DNA from: Hyaloraphidium curvatum SAG 235-1 | Taxonomy: Eukaryota; Fungi; Monoblepharomycota | Length of the DNA: 64,000 nt | Direction of reading: 5' to 3' | Assembly (NCBI GenBank): GCA_025558095.1 | Contig: JAIVFI010000003.1 | Location: 124,001 to 188,000, forward strand | Shown: one piece after another, positions 9,871-23,230 of the stretch | Layout: the number at the start of each line of letters is the position of its first letter | Numbering within the stretch: position 1 is the first letter of the stretch | The notes under the pieces: generated by a model | What the model was told of the DNA's origin: nothing | What the model saw: only the letters and a program-made list of their open reading frames with translations | The model's database searches: none | Translations under genes and position numbers: made by a program

Positions 9871-12800
9871 TCATGCCTCCTCAACATAGTTGGCAGGCAG
9901 CAATCCTTCCCGCGTCGTGCCCTCCTTGAAGCCCTGCCACCACCCGTCCTCTGCGAACCAGAGTCAGGTCTACACCCGGAGCCCAACAACAGATGCCACC
10001 CACCGAGCTTCTTGGTGACAAAGATGATGTCGTCCGCCGCAAAGGTCAGCTCGTCCGCCTCCTGCGCCTGGTAGTCGTACAGCGCGCGGACCTTGATCCC
10101 CTTCTTCTTTGGCGGGGGCGGCGGCGGCGCCTTTTTCTTGGCCGCGATGGCGGCTAGGTCCGAGGCGGGGAGGGCGGCGGCGGGGATCGGCGCCGGGGCC
10201 GGAGGAGGGGCGGCGACCGGCGGCGGGGGAACGTACGGCTGCGGGGGCGCAAAGGAGGAGGGAGCTGCGGGAGGTGGGGAGAAGGACGGCGGGGCTGGTT
10301 GCCGCGGCCCGGCAGGGCCGCCTGGCCTCGCGACGGGACGCAGGTTCGCCGCAGCTGCAGCCACTCCGGCGGCGGCCATCGGAGGCGCCGATGGTGCAGA
10401 AGGTGGCGGCGGGGGCGGGGGCGGTCCAGAGGGCGCCCCGTTGTAGGGCGGGAAACCCCCTGGGGGCGGCGGCGGGGGAGGCGGCACGCCCGCAGGGAAG
10501 CCCGGGGGCTGAGGCGGCCGCGGGGGGGCAAAGTCCGGGTTGATCGGGGGCGGAGGCACCCCCGGAGCGTCCACCGGCGGCCGGAACATGGACGGCGGCG
10601 CCGGGTAACCACCATTCGCCGCCGGAGAGTAGACGTCCTGGGGCGCCGGAGCGTAGACGTCCTGGGGCGCCGGCGGTGCGGTCGGCCTCGCGGCGCCGTG
10701 CCGCTGCTGAACGGCCAGGTCCTTTGCGCCCAATACCGCGGTCTCCCACGTCACAGTCCTGGGGCGCGAGTCCGGCGGCAGGCCGGGGGCGATGCGGACC
10801 TCCGCCTTGTCCCCCGGCTTGATGATGGCCTTGACGGCCGCGGGATCGGGAATGAAGATGATGTTTTGCGACCCCGCGCGTGACCAGAAGGTCTTCTTGA
10901 CCGCGTAACTGATCTGGTCCGAGAAGTTTAGCATCAGATTGCGGCCCGTCATCTTGCGGTACTGGTCCGAGAGCACTGCGCGGGGTCGGGAATCAGCACC
11001 GACTCCAGGCAAGTTCGCAGCCTCGTACCGGTAACAAACTCGGTCTTCAACGGCGTGCTCACGACCGTGTCGTACTCGGGCGCGTGGAGCACCACAAAGT
11101 CGTCCGCACGCGTGCTCAGCGAGACGCCGGAGACGGCATTGAGCGGGATCTTGCGCTTGATGACCTTGACCATCTTGCCCTTGAGCGGGCCGTCCTTGGC
11201 CTTGTCCACGCCCATGATCATGACGCTCTTGTCCGAAACCAGGAGCTCGCGCTCCTCGGTCTTGTAACGCCGGTCGTACTTGACCACGCGGTCGGCGTAG
11301 ATGACGCGCTCCTGCTTGCCCACCAGGTTCCGCAGCACGCCGTCGTCCATGTAGCCGATGTAGTCCCCCACGAACTCGCGCGAGAGGGAGAAGCGCCGGC
11401 GCTCCTTCTTGCCGTACACGATGGCCACGGCCTGCTCGCGCAGCTCCACGAACTGCTTGCGGGACTTCCAGCGGCGGTAGGCGCGCTGGATGACGCGGGC
11501 TGCGGACCGAAGTCGGCAGCCGAACATCAAAGGAACGCGCGGGGAAACCCACCGTACTGGTCGTACTTGCGCTCGCGGGCCTCCTCGCACATGAACAGGC
11601 TCTCGGGCGCCTTGATGAACACCTTGGTCCGGCCCATCTGGTACTGGTCCGGCGCCATCTGCACCGTCTGCATGATGATCTGGATGCCCTGCCGCGGGTC
11701 GCCGGTCCACTGCGGGTAGGTCTGCTTGGAGATGATGCCGTAGCGCCGGAGGAACTTGTCGAAGGGGTAGCGCGCGCAGAAGCCGGCGCGCCGGATCTTG
11801 ATGTTCTCCTTGAGGTTGAGGTAGACGACCTGGTGGTTGACGATCATCTGGTCGAACTCCTTGGGCTTCTTGTGCTCGTTGGGCTTGATGCCTGGCGAGC
11901 GGGTCAGTCCGTGCGCGACGAAACGGGCGGAGCGACCCACATCGGACGTAGCTCGGCACGCATTTCATAAGCGTGTCCACGAGCGCCTGGCTCTGCCCGC
12001 GGATCTTGATGCTGGCGGTCGGCGGCCTCTTCTTGTCGCTCTCGGCCACGTTCTCCGGGAACAGCCCCGTGACAAAGGGCCGCGTGCTGGTCTGCATGAT
12101 CATGACCAGGTCCTTGGTCAGCGTGTCCTTGTTGGACTCGACGAAGCCGTCGCAGGTGTAGGTCACGGCCCCGGCGTAGTGCTGGATGACGAACTGCCGC
12201 CCGCGGCCCTCGTAGTGCTTGTTGCCCGAGACGGTCATGTCAAGCCGCTGGACAAAGGTCTCGTCCGCGCCGTCCGAGACGGCGTGCATGGTCGCGCAGA
12301 CGTCGTCAAGGACGGACATGACGCCCGGCGGGCGCTTGGCCTCGATGAGCTCAACGACGACCTTGTTGTTGAAAAAGTCGATGGGTGTCCACTTGATGCC
12401 CTCGTCCTGGTACTCCTGCTGCTCATTCTGGAGCGTGAGGGAGATGAAGATCTGCTGCAGGCGTTCTGTGGGTGGGACATGGAGTGCATTTGATTGGCCG
12501 GCGATCCAATCCGAACTCAATCCCGCCCACCGTTGATGTAGTTGATGCACAGCTGCTCGAACCCGTTCTTCTCAAAGATCTCGAACCCGTAGATGTCCAG
12601 CACGCCCAGCTGCAGCTCCTTGCCGCCGCTCTGGGCCTTGACCGACTCGGGCGGCTTCATGGCGTCGTTGACGCGCTCGACGATGAAGTCGAACATGCGC
12701 GAGTAGAGCGCCTTGGCGAGGGCGTCGCGGGTGCCGCGGGCCTGCTCGTTGTTGAGGGGGACCGCGTACTCTTCGCGGCGGCCGTAGCCGGCTGATGTCT

Positions 12801-14107
12801 CCATGTAGCGGGACGTGAGCTGTGGGAGCACATGTTCGACCCACGTCAGCTTCATGAAAGCGACGAGCGGTCCGTCGGCGCCCACCTTTTCGGCCAACGC
12901 CCCCTCCTCCACGCCCAGCAAGCTCGCCGCCCACTGCAAACTCGGCCTCGCGGCCGCCTGCACCGACGCCTGGTTGTTCTCCTCGTCGAACGCCACATTC
13001 CCCAGGTGCAGCACCGCCGCCAGCATCCTCATCAGGTCCATCTGCATCCCATCCGGCATCCCGCACACCCCCATCGCCCTCCGCATCTCGGCGAACCCGC
13101 GCGCGTCGTCCTGCCCCACGGCCTCGAAGGTGCCGCTCGACGCGAGGTAGGCGAACTGCTTCGGCCCCGCGCCCGGGACCAGCCCGAGCTCCGCCTGTTC
13201 GCGCTGCGGAGCGGCGGTGCAGAGCTGGTAGAAGGCGTGGAAGTTGCGCTCGCCGCGGCCTGGGGCCACCACGCGGGAGGCCTCGAGGAGGAAGTTGGTG
13301 ATGGTGCCGCCGACGGGCTGGGCGCCGCGGGTGAAGTTGATCTCGAAATCTGTCGTCGGCGGGCCGGGAACGGGATCAGGGGGGCGGGAAAGGGCCGGGA
13401 TCGTGACCCACATTTGCCGAACCGCGACGAGTTCTCGTTCCGCAGCGTCTTGGCGTTCCCGAACGCCTCCAGCAGCGGGTTCGAGTCCAGGATGATCCGC
13501 TTGACGTTCTCCACGACGTCGCTCCCCTTTCCCGACGCCGCGGCGATGTACCCCATGATGAGCTTTGCCGACTCGGTCTTGCCCGCCCCGGACTCGCCCG
13601 AGATGATGACGGCCTGGGACTCCTCGTCCGTGATGAGGTTCTGGAACATCTCTTCGGCCACGGCGAAGATGTGCGGCGGGTTGGCGATCTGCTGGCCCTG
13701 GCCGCGGTACTGCTGCATCTTGTCGGGGGTGTAGAGCGCGGGGAGCTTCTGGTACGGGTTGATGGCGACCAGCGTGGAGCCGACTGAAAGGAGGCGGGCG
13801 CAAAGACCCGAGATGAGCTCGAGAAAGGGAGAGAAGCGGCCGGAGACACGCACTGTAGGTGTAGATTTGGTCCGCCGCGTAGCGCTTCTGCAGGTTGGTC
13901 GTGATCGCGTCGTCCGTGACCTTTGGCAGCAGCACCATGTCGTCGACCCCCTGGACGCGATGAGAGACGGGTTAGAAGGGCCGAGGGGGTGTGAAGGCGC
14001 GTCTGCTGGGTGCCGGTCGGTGCCAACTCCGTCCGGCCCTGTCCGCGCGTCCCCGCCGTCCAGAGACTGACCTGGGTCGACGACCCGCGCGAAGACCAGA
14101 ACGCCAT
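9871..14107 (-). CDS. MYO1: Long-tailed class I myosin (motor-IQ-TH1-Pro-rich-SH3), 9 introns
   Basis: MAFWSSRGSSTQ|GVDDMVLL, GESGAGKT P-loop, LEAFGNAKT..NSSRFGK, DIYGFE, IQRAYR, TH1, polyproline and SH3 ALYDY...WW...PANYV. Confidence 0.95.
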
Positions 14108-14429
14108 CTCCGATAGGATTTAAGTCCTCAATGCGCCGAATAAAATGGGTATCGGGGGAACGCAGAGTGGTCGGTGCTTCGCCGCAGCCGAGCGGGGTAG
14201 CGCCGTTCCCCCGCGGCGACACGGCAGCCGGCCGGCTGTCCGTTCAGCACGGGTAGCCCAATAGATGTCCTGACTGGAGCGGTGCGAAGCCGCCTCCGAC
14301 AGCGCCCCGCGCCCTCCGAGCCCGGCAAGGGTGCACTGCTATGCGAACGCTCAGCAAGGGATTGGGCGGCCAGACCTGATCGACCACAATAGTCCGTCGT
14401 CCAGGTCTAGAACGCCTCGTTCGTGAGAA

Positions 14430-15719
14430 ATGCCGAAATTGGGAGGCTCCGGCGCCGACGCGCTCGCGGTGCACGCGTCGGGCGGCACCGGCGCGGCGTC
14501 GGGGAAGCAGGTCAAGTCGCTGCTGGGCGACATCGTCGCGGCGCAGTTCGGCCAGTTCGCGCCGGAAAAGATCGCGGAGCTGCCGGCCGTGCGGAGCAGG
14601 AAGACCGTGCTGCCGCCGCAGCCGCCCAAGCCGCCGCGGAAGAAGAAGGAGAAGGCGGCGGGCGGAGCTGCCGGACCCGAGGCGCCCGAGGGAGCCTCTG
14701 CAGGCGCCTCCTCGGCCCAGGCCTCGCCAGAACGGCAGCCTGGCGATGCTATCGTCATTGACCTCGAGGAAGGCGAGGCGTCGGCGGTGACCGGGCCTGC
14801 TGGAGACGTTGGACAACCTTCGCCGTCGCCGACCTCGCCCGCCAAGCGGTCCGCCGAGGAAGCCGAGCTGGAAGCACCTGGAGACCACGCTGAGACACTT
14901 CAGGAGGATTCTACCACTTCCGAAGCAGTGGAACCGAAGAAGGCCATCCCGCCGTCGTCTTCGAAAAAGGGAAAGGGCAAGCAGCGTGCACCTGCCGGCC
15001 CGAGCCCCGCCAAGAAGGCCAAGACGGAAGTGCCTGCTGCTCCCGAGGAGCCGACACCCGATGAGCCGATGGACACCACCGAACCCACGGTCCTCGACGG
15101 AACGCCGACCGAGAACGCTCAGCCCCAGCCTGACGAGGGCCCGCTCGACCCCTCCCTCCTCCTCCCCACCTCGGACCTCCCCTTCGACCGGCCCCCGCTT
15201 CCCTACACCGACAACCCCATGTCATCCGCCACCGCGCAGCTCGTCTCCCGCCTCCTCCCCACCCCCTCGTCGATCCCCTACGGCCACCAGGACGCCGCCA
15301 CGCTGCACACCCTCGCCCTGGACCTCAAACGGATCGGCCCCCGCGCCGTCCTCTCGCAGGAGAAGCACTACCTCCGCCTCCTCTTCGCCCTGCGCAACGC
15401 CGCGGACCGGATCGCGCGGAGCCTGCGGCGGGCGCGGGAGGGCTTCCTGGGCGCGTACGTGGACGAGCTGGTCATGGGCCCCGACGGCAAGGCGACGCTG
15501 TTCGACGACGCGGAGGCGGTGGCGGCCGTGTTTGACGGGAAGCGCAAGGAAGAGGGGGGGTTCAGGGCGTGGGAGGACGAGAACGACCTGTGCGTGGATC
15601 TGAGGGCGGCGCTGGCGGCGATCGAGGAGATGGCGGCGGGGGCGGGGAGCGACGAGGATGGGGAGGAGAAGGAAGGATGGGGGGAGGAAATCGGGGCCGG
15701 GGCGGGCGGGAGCTCGTGA
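14430..15719 (+). CDS. Hypothetical protein, disordered centre with basic NLS-like patches
   Basis: 429-aa ORF with strong GC3 codon bias; divergent from myosin I; no recognisable domain. Confidence 0.65.
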   Translation: MPKLGGSGADALAVHASGGTGAASGKQVKSLLGDIVAAQFGQFAPEKIAELPAVRSRKTVLPPQPPKPPRKKKEKAAGGAAGPEAPEGASAGASSAQASPERQPGDAIVIDLEEGEASAVTGPAGDVGQPSPSPTSPAKRSAEEAELEAPGDHAETLQEDSTTSEAVEPKKAIPPSSSKKGKGKQRAPAGPSPAKKAKTEVPAAPEEPTPDEPMDTTEPTVLDGTPTENAQPQPDEGPLDPSLLLPTSDLPFDRPPLPYTDNPMSSATAQLVSRLLPTPSSIPYGHQDAATLHTLALDLKRIGPRAVLSQEKHYLRLLFALRNAADRIARSLRRAREGFLGAYVDELVMGPDGKATLFDDAEAVAAVFDGKRKEEGGFRAWEDENDLCVDLRAALAAIEEMAAGAGSDEDGEEKEGWGEEIGAGAGGSS

Positions 15720-15772
15720 GCAGACTCTTAAAGCACTGCAGTCTTCTCATATCGCAAACATCCTCTTTCGTC

Positions 15773-17492
15773 TCAGCCCTTGAAGTGTAGCCCGCCCTGC
15801 ACCGACGCCTCCCTCATCCACGCCTCATCCACATTCCACCCCAGCGCCTCCACCACCCCTCTCGCCTCCCTCATCCCCGCATTGAACGCCCCGTGCACGG
15901 AGCTCCTCGCGTCCGGCGACGTGTGCTCCCCCGCGAAGCGCACCCGGCCCACCGGCGCCGCCAGCGCCTCCGTGTGCCGCAGCACGTCCAGCGGGCCGCC
16001 GGCGCCGACGGGGACATGCGAGTACGATCCGCACGAGAAGGGGTCAGAGGTCCAGCCCCCCGACAGGCTGTGCTCGCAGTCCGGCGGGGGGTCCAGGCCG
16101 AACATGTGCCCCAGCTGGCGGCAGAGCAGATCCACGACTGCCGCCTGCCCCGCGCGCTCGAAGAGCTCCGTCGTTTTACCGTAGTGGAAGCACACGAGCA
16201 CGGGGACGTCGCGCCCGGAGTGCATGGCCTGGAGGTTGATGAAAGCGAGAACGTGCAGGGATCGGGGATCCAAGGGTGTGGATGCGGGGATCGGACCCGG
16301 GGAGGGGAGGAGGGCACCGTCCGCGGCGGGGGGGAGGAAAGCGAGGAACCAGTCCACGTCCCTGGGCCCTGCAAGCAGCAGTTTGAGCCTTAAATATCCC
16401 GATGCTGATGCAGGAGACCCACAGAAACAGTTCGCGAACCTCAGGTAGAGCTTGTCCACCGAGCCCATCCGGAACTTGCCCAGCGCCTCCACCTTGGCCG
16501 GCGGCAGGGAGGGCGAGAACATGCCCTCGTGTTGCCTCTGCAGGACGCCCAGCGGGAACGTGATCACCGCTGCCTCGGCCTCGTAGCTCCCCCGCGTCGT
16601 GGTCACCCTGACTGTCTCGCCGCCGTGCTCGATCCTCAGCACCTGCTCGGCCAGCTTGATGGACGTGCCGACCTCGAGCCCGCCCAGCCTAACAAGGTTC
16701 TCGAGGATGGATCGGTGGCCCTCCACGAGGTACCAGTCGGGCGTCTCGGATTCGTAAATTGGGTTCCAGTCGGCGTCGACGCACGAGAGGGAGCCCCAGT
16801 CCGCGGCCATCTCGATCGCGAGGACTGGAGGCGAGGAATCAGCTTCCTATCCATCGGGACAGGCCGGCGACCCACTCTCGGGCGCGATGCGGAGCATTTC
16901 CATCCCGCGCTCGTCGTCGACCCCCGCCGCCTCCTTCATCGATTCGATGCGGGCTTCCCATACCCCCCTTCGCGGCACGTCGAGGTCCCCGCCCTCGCCG
17001 TCCTCCCCTTTGCCCCGGTCCAGTTTGATCCTCTGGCACTTCGCCGCCAGCTCCTCGTACGGCAAGTAAACCGCCTTCCTGATCGCCCGGCTCAGGTCCT
17101 CCGGCATCGCCCCCCCACGAGGGTGGTGCATGACGATCCGCTCCGTCTCGTGGGTGCGGCCGGCATACAGCCCGCGCGCGATCAGCTCGGGGTTGTTCGT
17201 CCCGTGGGCCCACGAGCCGCCGAGGTCGACGGCGACCGAGGTGCCGTCGGCGAGCGGGAAGTCGGCCGTGTGCGTGCGCCCGCCGATGCGGTCGCGGGCC
17301 TCGAGGACCGTCACGCGGAGGCCCGCGCGGGCGAGCTGCGAGGCTGCGGGCCGACGGGGCGCCGAAATACGTGCAAGTGAGGTCAAGGAATAGACGGGAG
17401 GCACGCCGATGTCCCCCACCGCACGCGAGCCCAGATATTCCTGCGCCGAGCACAAGCACCCGCGGGGGTTCGGCGCCTCCGCTGCTCCCCAT
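15773..17492 (-). CDS. Flavin-containing amine oxidase (polyamine oxidase-like), 3 introns
   Basis: GAGISGLA, LEARDRIGGRTHT, DLGGSWAHG, WTSDPFSCGSYS and FAGEHT...SVHGA. Confidence 0.92.
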
Positions 17493-17688
17493 CGCAAGAG
17501 CCCTTCCGGGGTGGCCAGCGCTCGCCGTTTGGTGGTGCGCAAGGTCGCCATCAAGCGGACCGAATTTCAGCGCCGTTGCTCCGCTCCGCACTGGCTGAAT
17601 GCAAGGCTTCCAAAGAAGAGAAGGCGCTAATTCGGCATCCGTGAGCCAAAGGCAGATCCTCTATCTACGTGAGCAAGGGTTCAACAGT

Positions 17689-20099
17689 CTACTTGAAGTA
17701 GTTCCTCGCGCCCAACGACTCGTACAGCGGCTTCAGATCCCAGCTCGCCAGGTGCACCGGCAGCGGCTCCGCCAGGCGCTCCAGCGCCCCGACCACGGGC
17801 TCCACGTCCCTGCCGTCCCTCGGCGCTGTGGGCCCGTCCAAGGTCGTCCCAGAGAGCTTGCCGTCGGCCACGCCAAGGATCTTGGCCTTGCCGTGCTTGG
17901 CCAGGATGTCGGAGAGGAAAGAGATCTCGTTCGCCGGGTCGGGGTACTGTAGGCAGGCGCGGAAGCCGAACTTGACGAGCCCGTTGAAGAAGGCGTCGTG
18001 CTTCTCGTCCAGGGCGTCCTCAAAGTCCGCCGCGCTGATCCCGCCGGGGACGCGGGCCAGCACCTTGAACGGGTCGAGGCAGCTGCCGCGCTTGCACAGT
18101 CCGAGGATCGAGAGCAGCGCGTCGGCGCGGCTGGCGACGCGGACAAGGGGGGCGGGCAGGTCGGCGATGCCGGTGCCAGGGGGCAGCAGGTTGTTGATCT
18201 CGTAGGGGTCCGCCTTGAGGTCGTACAGCTCGCGGTCGCCGGAGCAGCGGACGGCGTACTTGAAGCTGCGCGACGGGGTGGTGATCTTGACGGCCTTCCA
18301 AGTGTTGTTTTGGAAGAATCTCCCCGTGAGCTCGTCAAGGCCGTCCTCCCTGTCGCGGGCGCGTGGATGTCAGCGGAGATCGCTTCTCAGCCGTCTGTGG
18401 TCCCACCAGAACTCGATCGGGAAGATGTCGCGGCGGGGTTTGCGGGCGGCGACGTCGTCCAGGTCCGAAAGTGGCTTCACCTCGTCCGAGGCGGCTGCCA
18501 GCCCGCTCTGGCGGCGGATGTCCTCCTCGAAGCCCTTCCACAGCGGGAGCGGCTTGCCGTCCGAGATGCGCGGCAGTCCCTGGCCCGCGAGGGCAGTGAA
18601 GGTCGTGGCGAGGTCCACGTGGAGGGTGAGGTCGGGGACCTTGGTGTTCTTCTCGACGCCCGGGCCGCGCACGACCTGGTCGGAGATGTCAATTTATCGG
18701 CTTCGGTAGATGTGCCCCCAGGGATCCTACCAGCGGGACCCGGATGTCCTCCTCGTACGGGAACTCCTTGCCCATGCCGAGCCGGTGCGCGCCGAGGTGG
18801 TACCCGTTGTCGGTGGTGTAGAAGATGTACGTGTTGTCCAGCTCGCCCGCGTCGTCGAGGATGGTGACAATCTTCTCCACCAGCTCGTCGACACCCTGCA
18901 GGGACCGCAGGCGCTGGCGATAGGCCTCGTCCAGGCGCACGATCTCGTCGTCCTTGAGCTGCGGAATTAGGTCCTGCATCCACAGCGGCTTCTTCGAAAA
19001 GTCGGGCTCTGTCGAAGGAACGGTCAACGAGGCGTTGCGGGACCGACCGAGCGGCCGTACCGTTGAAGTTGGGAGTCCGCGGCACAGTCACGTTGGGGAA
19101 CAGGTGGGCGTGGCGAGGGAGAGGAATGGGCGGGGCAATCTTGAGCCCGCTCGGGTCGCTGACGTTGAGGCTGCTGACCTTGATGGTCGTGTGGCAAGCT
19201 GGAGGCGGTCTTCGTCAGCACAACAAGCCAGGAAGCCCGCCGGCGGCGGCGCTACGAACCGGAGGGCGCGGTATAGAGGAAGAAGGGTTGGTCCTTCTTG
19301 AGCGCCGTCTTCAGGAACGACTCGGTCTTCTCGATGACCACGTCGGTCTGGTGGGCGCCCCAGTAGATCTTGGGCCAGCCGCCGTCCCGGGCAAAGACGG
19401 GGAACTCGTAGTCGAACGTCCAGGGCCACACGAGCCCGTCAAAGATGTCCCAGCCCGCGGGGTGCTTCTTGTAGTTGAGCAGCGAGTACTCGACCACGAA
19501 CTTGCCCGTGAAGTAGGTCTGGTAGCCGGCCTGCTTGAGCCAGAGCGGCAGGTAGTCGTCGTCGAGGTTGTCCTCGCGGAACTTTGTGTATCCGCCATAC
19601 GGCGGGAAAACAGAAGACAGGTTGTGGTTGTGGACGAACTGGGACCGCAGCACGCTAGTCCGCGAGGGGCAGCAGACGGGAGTGGTAACGTGATCTGCTC
19701 GGCGCGTAAGGATCCCCATCACGGCAACTCTACAATCTCACTCACGGTTGACAAAGTTCGCTCCCTGCTTGATGAGATGTTTCTGGAGGCTGGGCATGTA
19801 CTCGAGCGAATCGTATGTGGCGTCCTGGCGGCAAGCCCGTCAGAACCCAGCACGGCACTGCGGCGACGTTCCAAACTGACCTGATCATCGGTAATGATGA
19901 AGATGATATTCGGGAGCTTGTCTTTTGCCGACGCAGGCGCGTCCACGGACGCGTCGGAGAACCAGAGGTGGCGCAGGTGGAGCGACGCCCAGGCCAGAAG
20001 GCCAAGCGCAATCGCAACGTGTGCGAAGCGGTGCTTCGAGCCTGTGCGAGGCTGCTGCTCCGCCGGCGCAGTCGCGATGGGCTGCTTGCTGTCCGACAT
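17689..20099 (-). CDS. Arylsulfatase / GlcNAc-6-sulfatase-like type II membrane protein, multi-exon
   Basis: N-terminal TM, PNIIFIITDDQ|D, formylglycine motif CCPSR, DNGYHLG, KEFPYEEDIRVP and RELYDL. Confidence 0.9.
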
Positions 20100-20263
20100 G
20101 TTCGCGTGTTTTGTTATCCTCGGATTCCACCCGGTTGTTTGTTGGGCGGGCGGGGTCGCGCATGGCTGTGTGGTGCCATCGCGCCATTCCACCATCGGGA
20201 TTGTGCCACCGGCCACCCCCGAAAATCACCGGGGCAGCCGAACGGAGTGCTCAAAACGCCGCC

Positions 20264-22201
20264 ATGGCCAACGAAGAAGAGTCTCCGAACGTTTCCGATG
20301 GAGCCCGTGAAGCGCTCGCCCAGGATGGCGACGACTCGGACTCTACAGCCGGCCGCTCCAGCCAGTCCGGAGCAACAGATGCAGAAACGGAGAATGCCAA
20401 GGGCGCGGATGCACCCAAAGCATTGCTGGAAGACACGGACGAAGACTACGGGGAGCCGCTGCCCACGCAGCCCCTCCTTGGGCCGCCGGGTGACCCCGAG
20501 CCGACCAAAGTGTCTATCTCGAGCTGCATCTTCTTCTTCGTCGCTTGTGCGCTCGTTGCCATGAACCTGGCCTACCTGCAACCCTTATTGGATCTTTTGG
20601 GGAAACTTTTCGACGTTGGGGTCTCGGAAGCGGGCTTCATTGCGACGGCGTCGTCTGTCGGCTACATGTTTGGCTTAATCAACGTCTCTCCGCTTGGCGA
20701 CGTTCTTGAGAAGAAGTGGGTCCGATCGTGAGCTTGTTCTTTTCCTTGCATTGACTCGGGGCATGTTCCAGGGTCGTAGTGGTCGCGGTCCTCCTGCTGG
20801 TCGGGATTAACATCGCCTTGGGGTTGGTGCGCAACTACGCTGCCTTCGTTGGCGTCACCTTCGGCATGGGCGTGCTCGCTGGGACCGTGAGTCAATTTCA
20901 GCTTCAGTGATGTTCGTGTCCTCTGACATTCGGCCCGATCAGCTGAACATCATGTTCTCCATGGGCGTCGAGATCGCCCCGCCCGCGCACCGGGGGGCCG
21001 TCCTCGGCTCGATGGTCTCGGGCAACATGTTTGGGGCCCTCGCCGCCCGGCTTGTCGCCGGCGCCGTGACGGACCGCTTCGGCTACCAATGGGTCTTCTT
21101 CCTGGCCGCGACGGAGATGTTCCTGCTCTCCATCGCGCTGCACTTCTTCCTTCCTACCCCGAAGCCCGCCCCGCCGCAGGCGAAAAGAGAAACCGAGGGC
21201 GAACCTACGAGCGGTTTCCGCAGGTTTGCTGCCTCGTATTGGGAGGTATTTTCATCCATGGGCACGCTGCTGGTGCAACATCCCCTCCTATTGAAAGGCA
21301 AGTTCTGGGCACCCAACCGACTTCGCTTCTGAACGGTCACCGCGAGCAGTGTGCACGATGGCCTTCCTGACCTTCACCGCCTTCTCCACCTTCTGGGTGA
21401 CCTCGACCTTTCTCCTTGCCGGGCCCCCGTACTTCCTCACCCCGCAGGGGATCGGCATGCTCGGCCTCGCGGGCATCGCCGGCATCCTTGTCACTCCAGT
21501 GCTGGGTTACCTCGCGGACAGGGTCCGCTACTACTTCGTGAGCTCCCCGCACGGGGTCGTCCCCGCCTCGTTTAGAAGCTGACCCCTTCCGGCAAAGCTG
21601 AACGCGATTGGCACGACCTTCAGCGTGCTCATATGGACCAGCCTATTCTTGTTTGGGAGCCGGTCGCTCGCCGTGGTCTTCCTCGGCGCCTTCTTCCTGG
21701 ACGTCGCCACCTTCTCCGTCACCCTGGTCAACCGTACCGTGGCGCTGAAGCACCTGCCGCACGCCCTGGCCCGCGTGAACGCAATCTGTGGGTGCATGCA
21801 CGGAACCGCCGGCGAGGATCCCGTTGACCCGCCCCCGTCCCGCAGACAGCGTCTCCTTCTGCATCGGCAACTCGCTGGGATCCGCGCTCGGCCCATGGCT
21901 CTGGGCGTCGTACGGATGGCTCGGCACCGCCGCGGTGGGGATCGGGTGCGCCGTCGCGGTGCAGATCCTCGGGCTGTGGCGGGTCGCGGAGGAGCGGGCA
22001 CCGCTGCAGCCGAAGGCCGACGTCGAGACCGGATCGGAATCGCGGTACGGGGCGACCGACGTGGCCGTCCGAAGACCGTCGGGGGCGGGCGAGGTACCGG
22101 AGGTCGCGCAGGTTGCAAACGGGAAGAACCCGGGGAGAGTCGACAGCGACACCAGCGTGGAGAGCGATAGCGGTGTCTGTGACATTGGAAACGCAGCATA
22201 G
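20264..22201 (+). CDS. MFS transporter (YnfM-like), 5 introns including GC-AG 21298-21349
   Basis: YLQPLL, PLGDVLEK, RGAVLGSMVSG..LAARLVAG, GYLADR and ARVNA motifs across exons. Confidence 0.85.
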
Positions 22202-22302
22202 AGCTGATAGACTGGCTCACATTCAACGCACGAAAACACACGTGCAACGACCGTTCGTAGGCTTACTGCTTTGCCCACTCTCCACAAGCACCGGCATCCA
22301 AA

Positions 22303-23230
22303 TCAGAGCCTGGCCTCGGCGCCCCTCGCCTTCTCCTCCTGCCTCGCCATGTGCATCCCCACCCACTTGTCCATCACCGCAGCGCACCCGGCGTCGTCCC
22401 TGTACGCGCCACCGTGCATCGTCGCCAGCATGCGCGGCTCCTTGCCCCGCAGCGCATCGAAGTACGAGCGCACGCGGGGGTCAGAGAAGTCGAAGTCGAA
22501 CTGCGAGTCCGGGGCGAGGAGCTGCTGCGCGGTGATGAGCGGGGAGGGGAAGGCGCCGGTGTGGGAGAAGAGGTCGCCGCAGAAGAGGGTGCGGGAGGAG
22601 CGCTCGAAGAGGAAGCCACACTGCGGGAGCGGAGGGATGAGATACCGTTGAATACGGACTAACGGAAGGGAAGCGTACCTCGGGGGCTCCGTTGAAGTGG
22701 TTCGGGCAGTCGATCCAGTCGAGGACCTTGCCGCCGCCGAGGTCCAGGGTCTCGCCGTTCTTCAAGGACTGTAACGGACCGATTCAGGTCAGGGCAGATC
22801 AGACGAACGGCCAGCAACGCCCCACCTTGACCCTCTTGATCCCCTTCGGCCCGGTCCGCGTCTCCACCATCTTCTCGGAGCAGACGACCTCGAGCTGCGG
22901 GCACTCCTCGAGCCACAGCCTCAGCGCGCCCATCTGGTCGCGCGCCCACAGGGTAACCGCGAGGTAGCGCAGCTTCCGCGGGTCGACCACGGTGGCCACG
23001 GCATCGCGCAGCGCGGCCCAGCCGCCCTTGAACCCCGTCAGGTACAGCAGCGGGGACGGCGCCTCGATCAGGTACGCGTTGTTGGAGAACGGGTTGGCGG
23101 GCTTGACGTCGATGACGGGCGAGCGCACGTCGGCGCCCACGGGCTGCGAGATGCGGTGAAGGCCGGGCGCGACTTCGGCGATGGTTGTGCCCGTGGCGGC
23201 GTCGACCAGGCGGGGGGTCGGGGCGGCCAT
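22303..23230 (-). CDS. FprA/ODP-like metallo-beta-lactamase-fold protein with a degenerate metal site; ends in ARL; 2 introns
   Basis: NAYLI, DPRKLRYL, GETLDLGG, TLFCGDLF and MLATMHG. The usual H-x-E-x-D region reads TLWARDQ. Confidence 0.8.
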
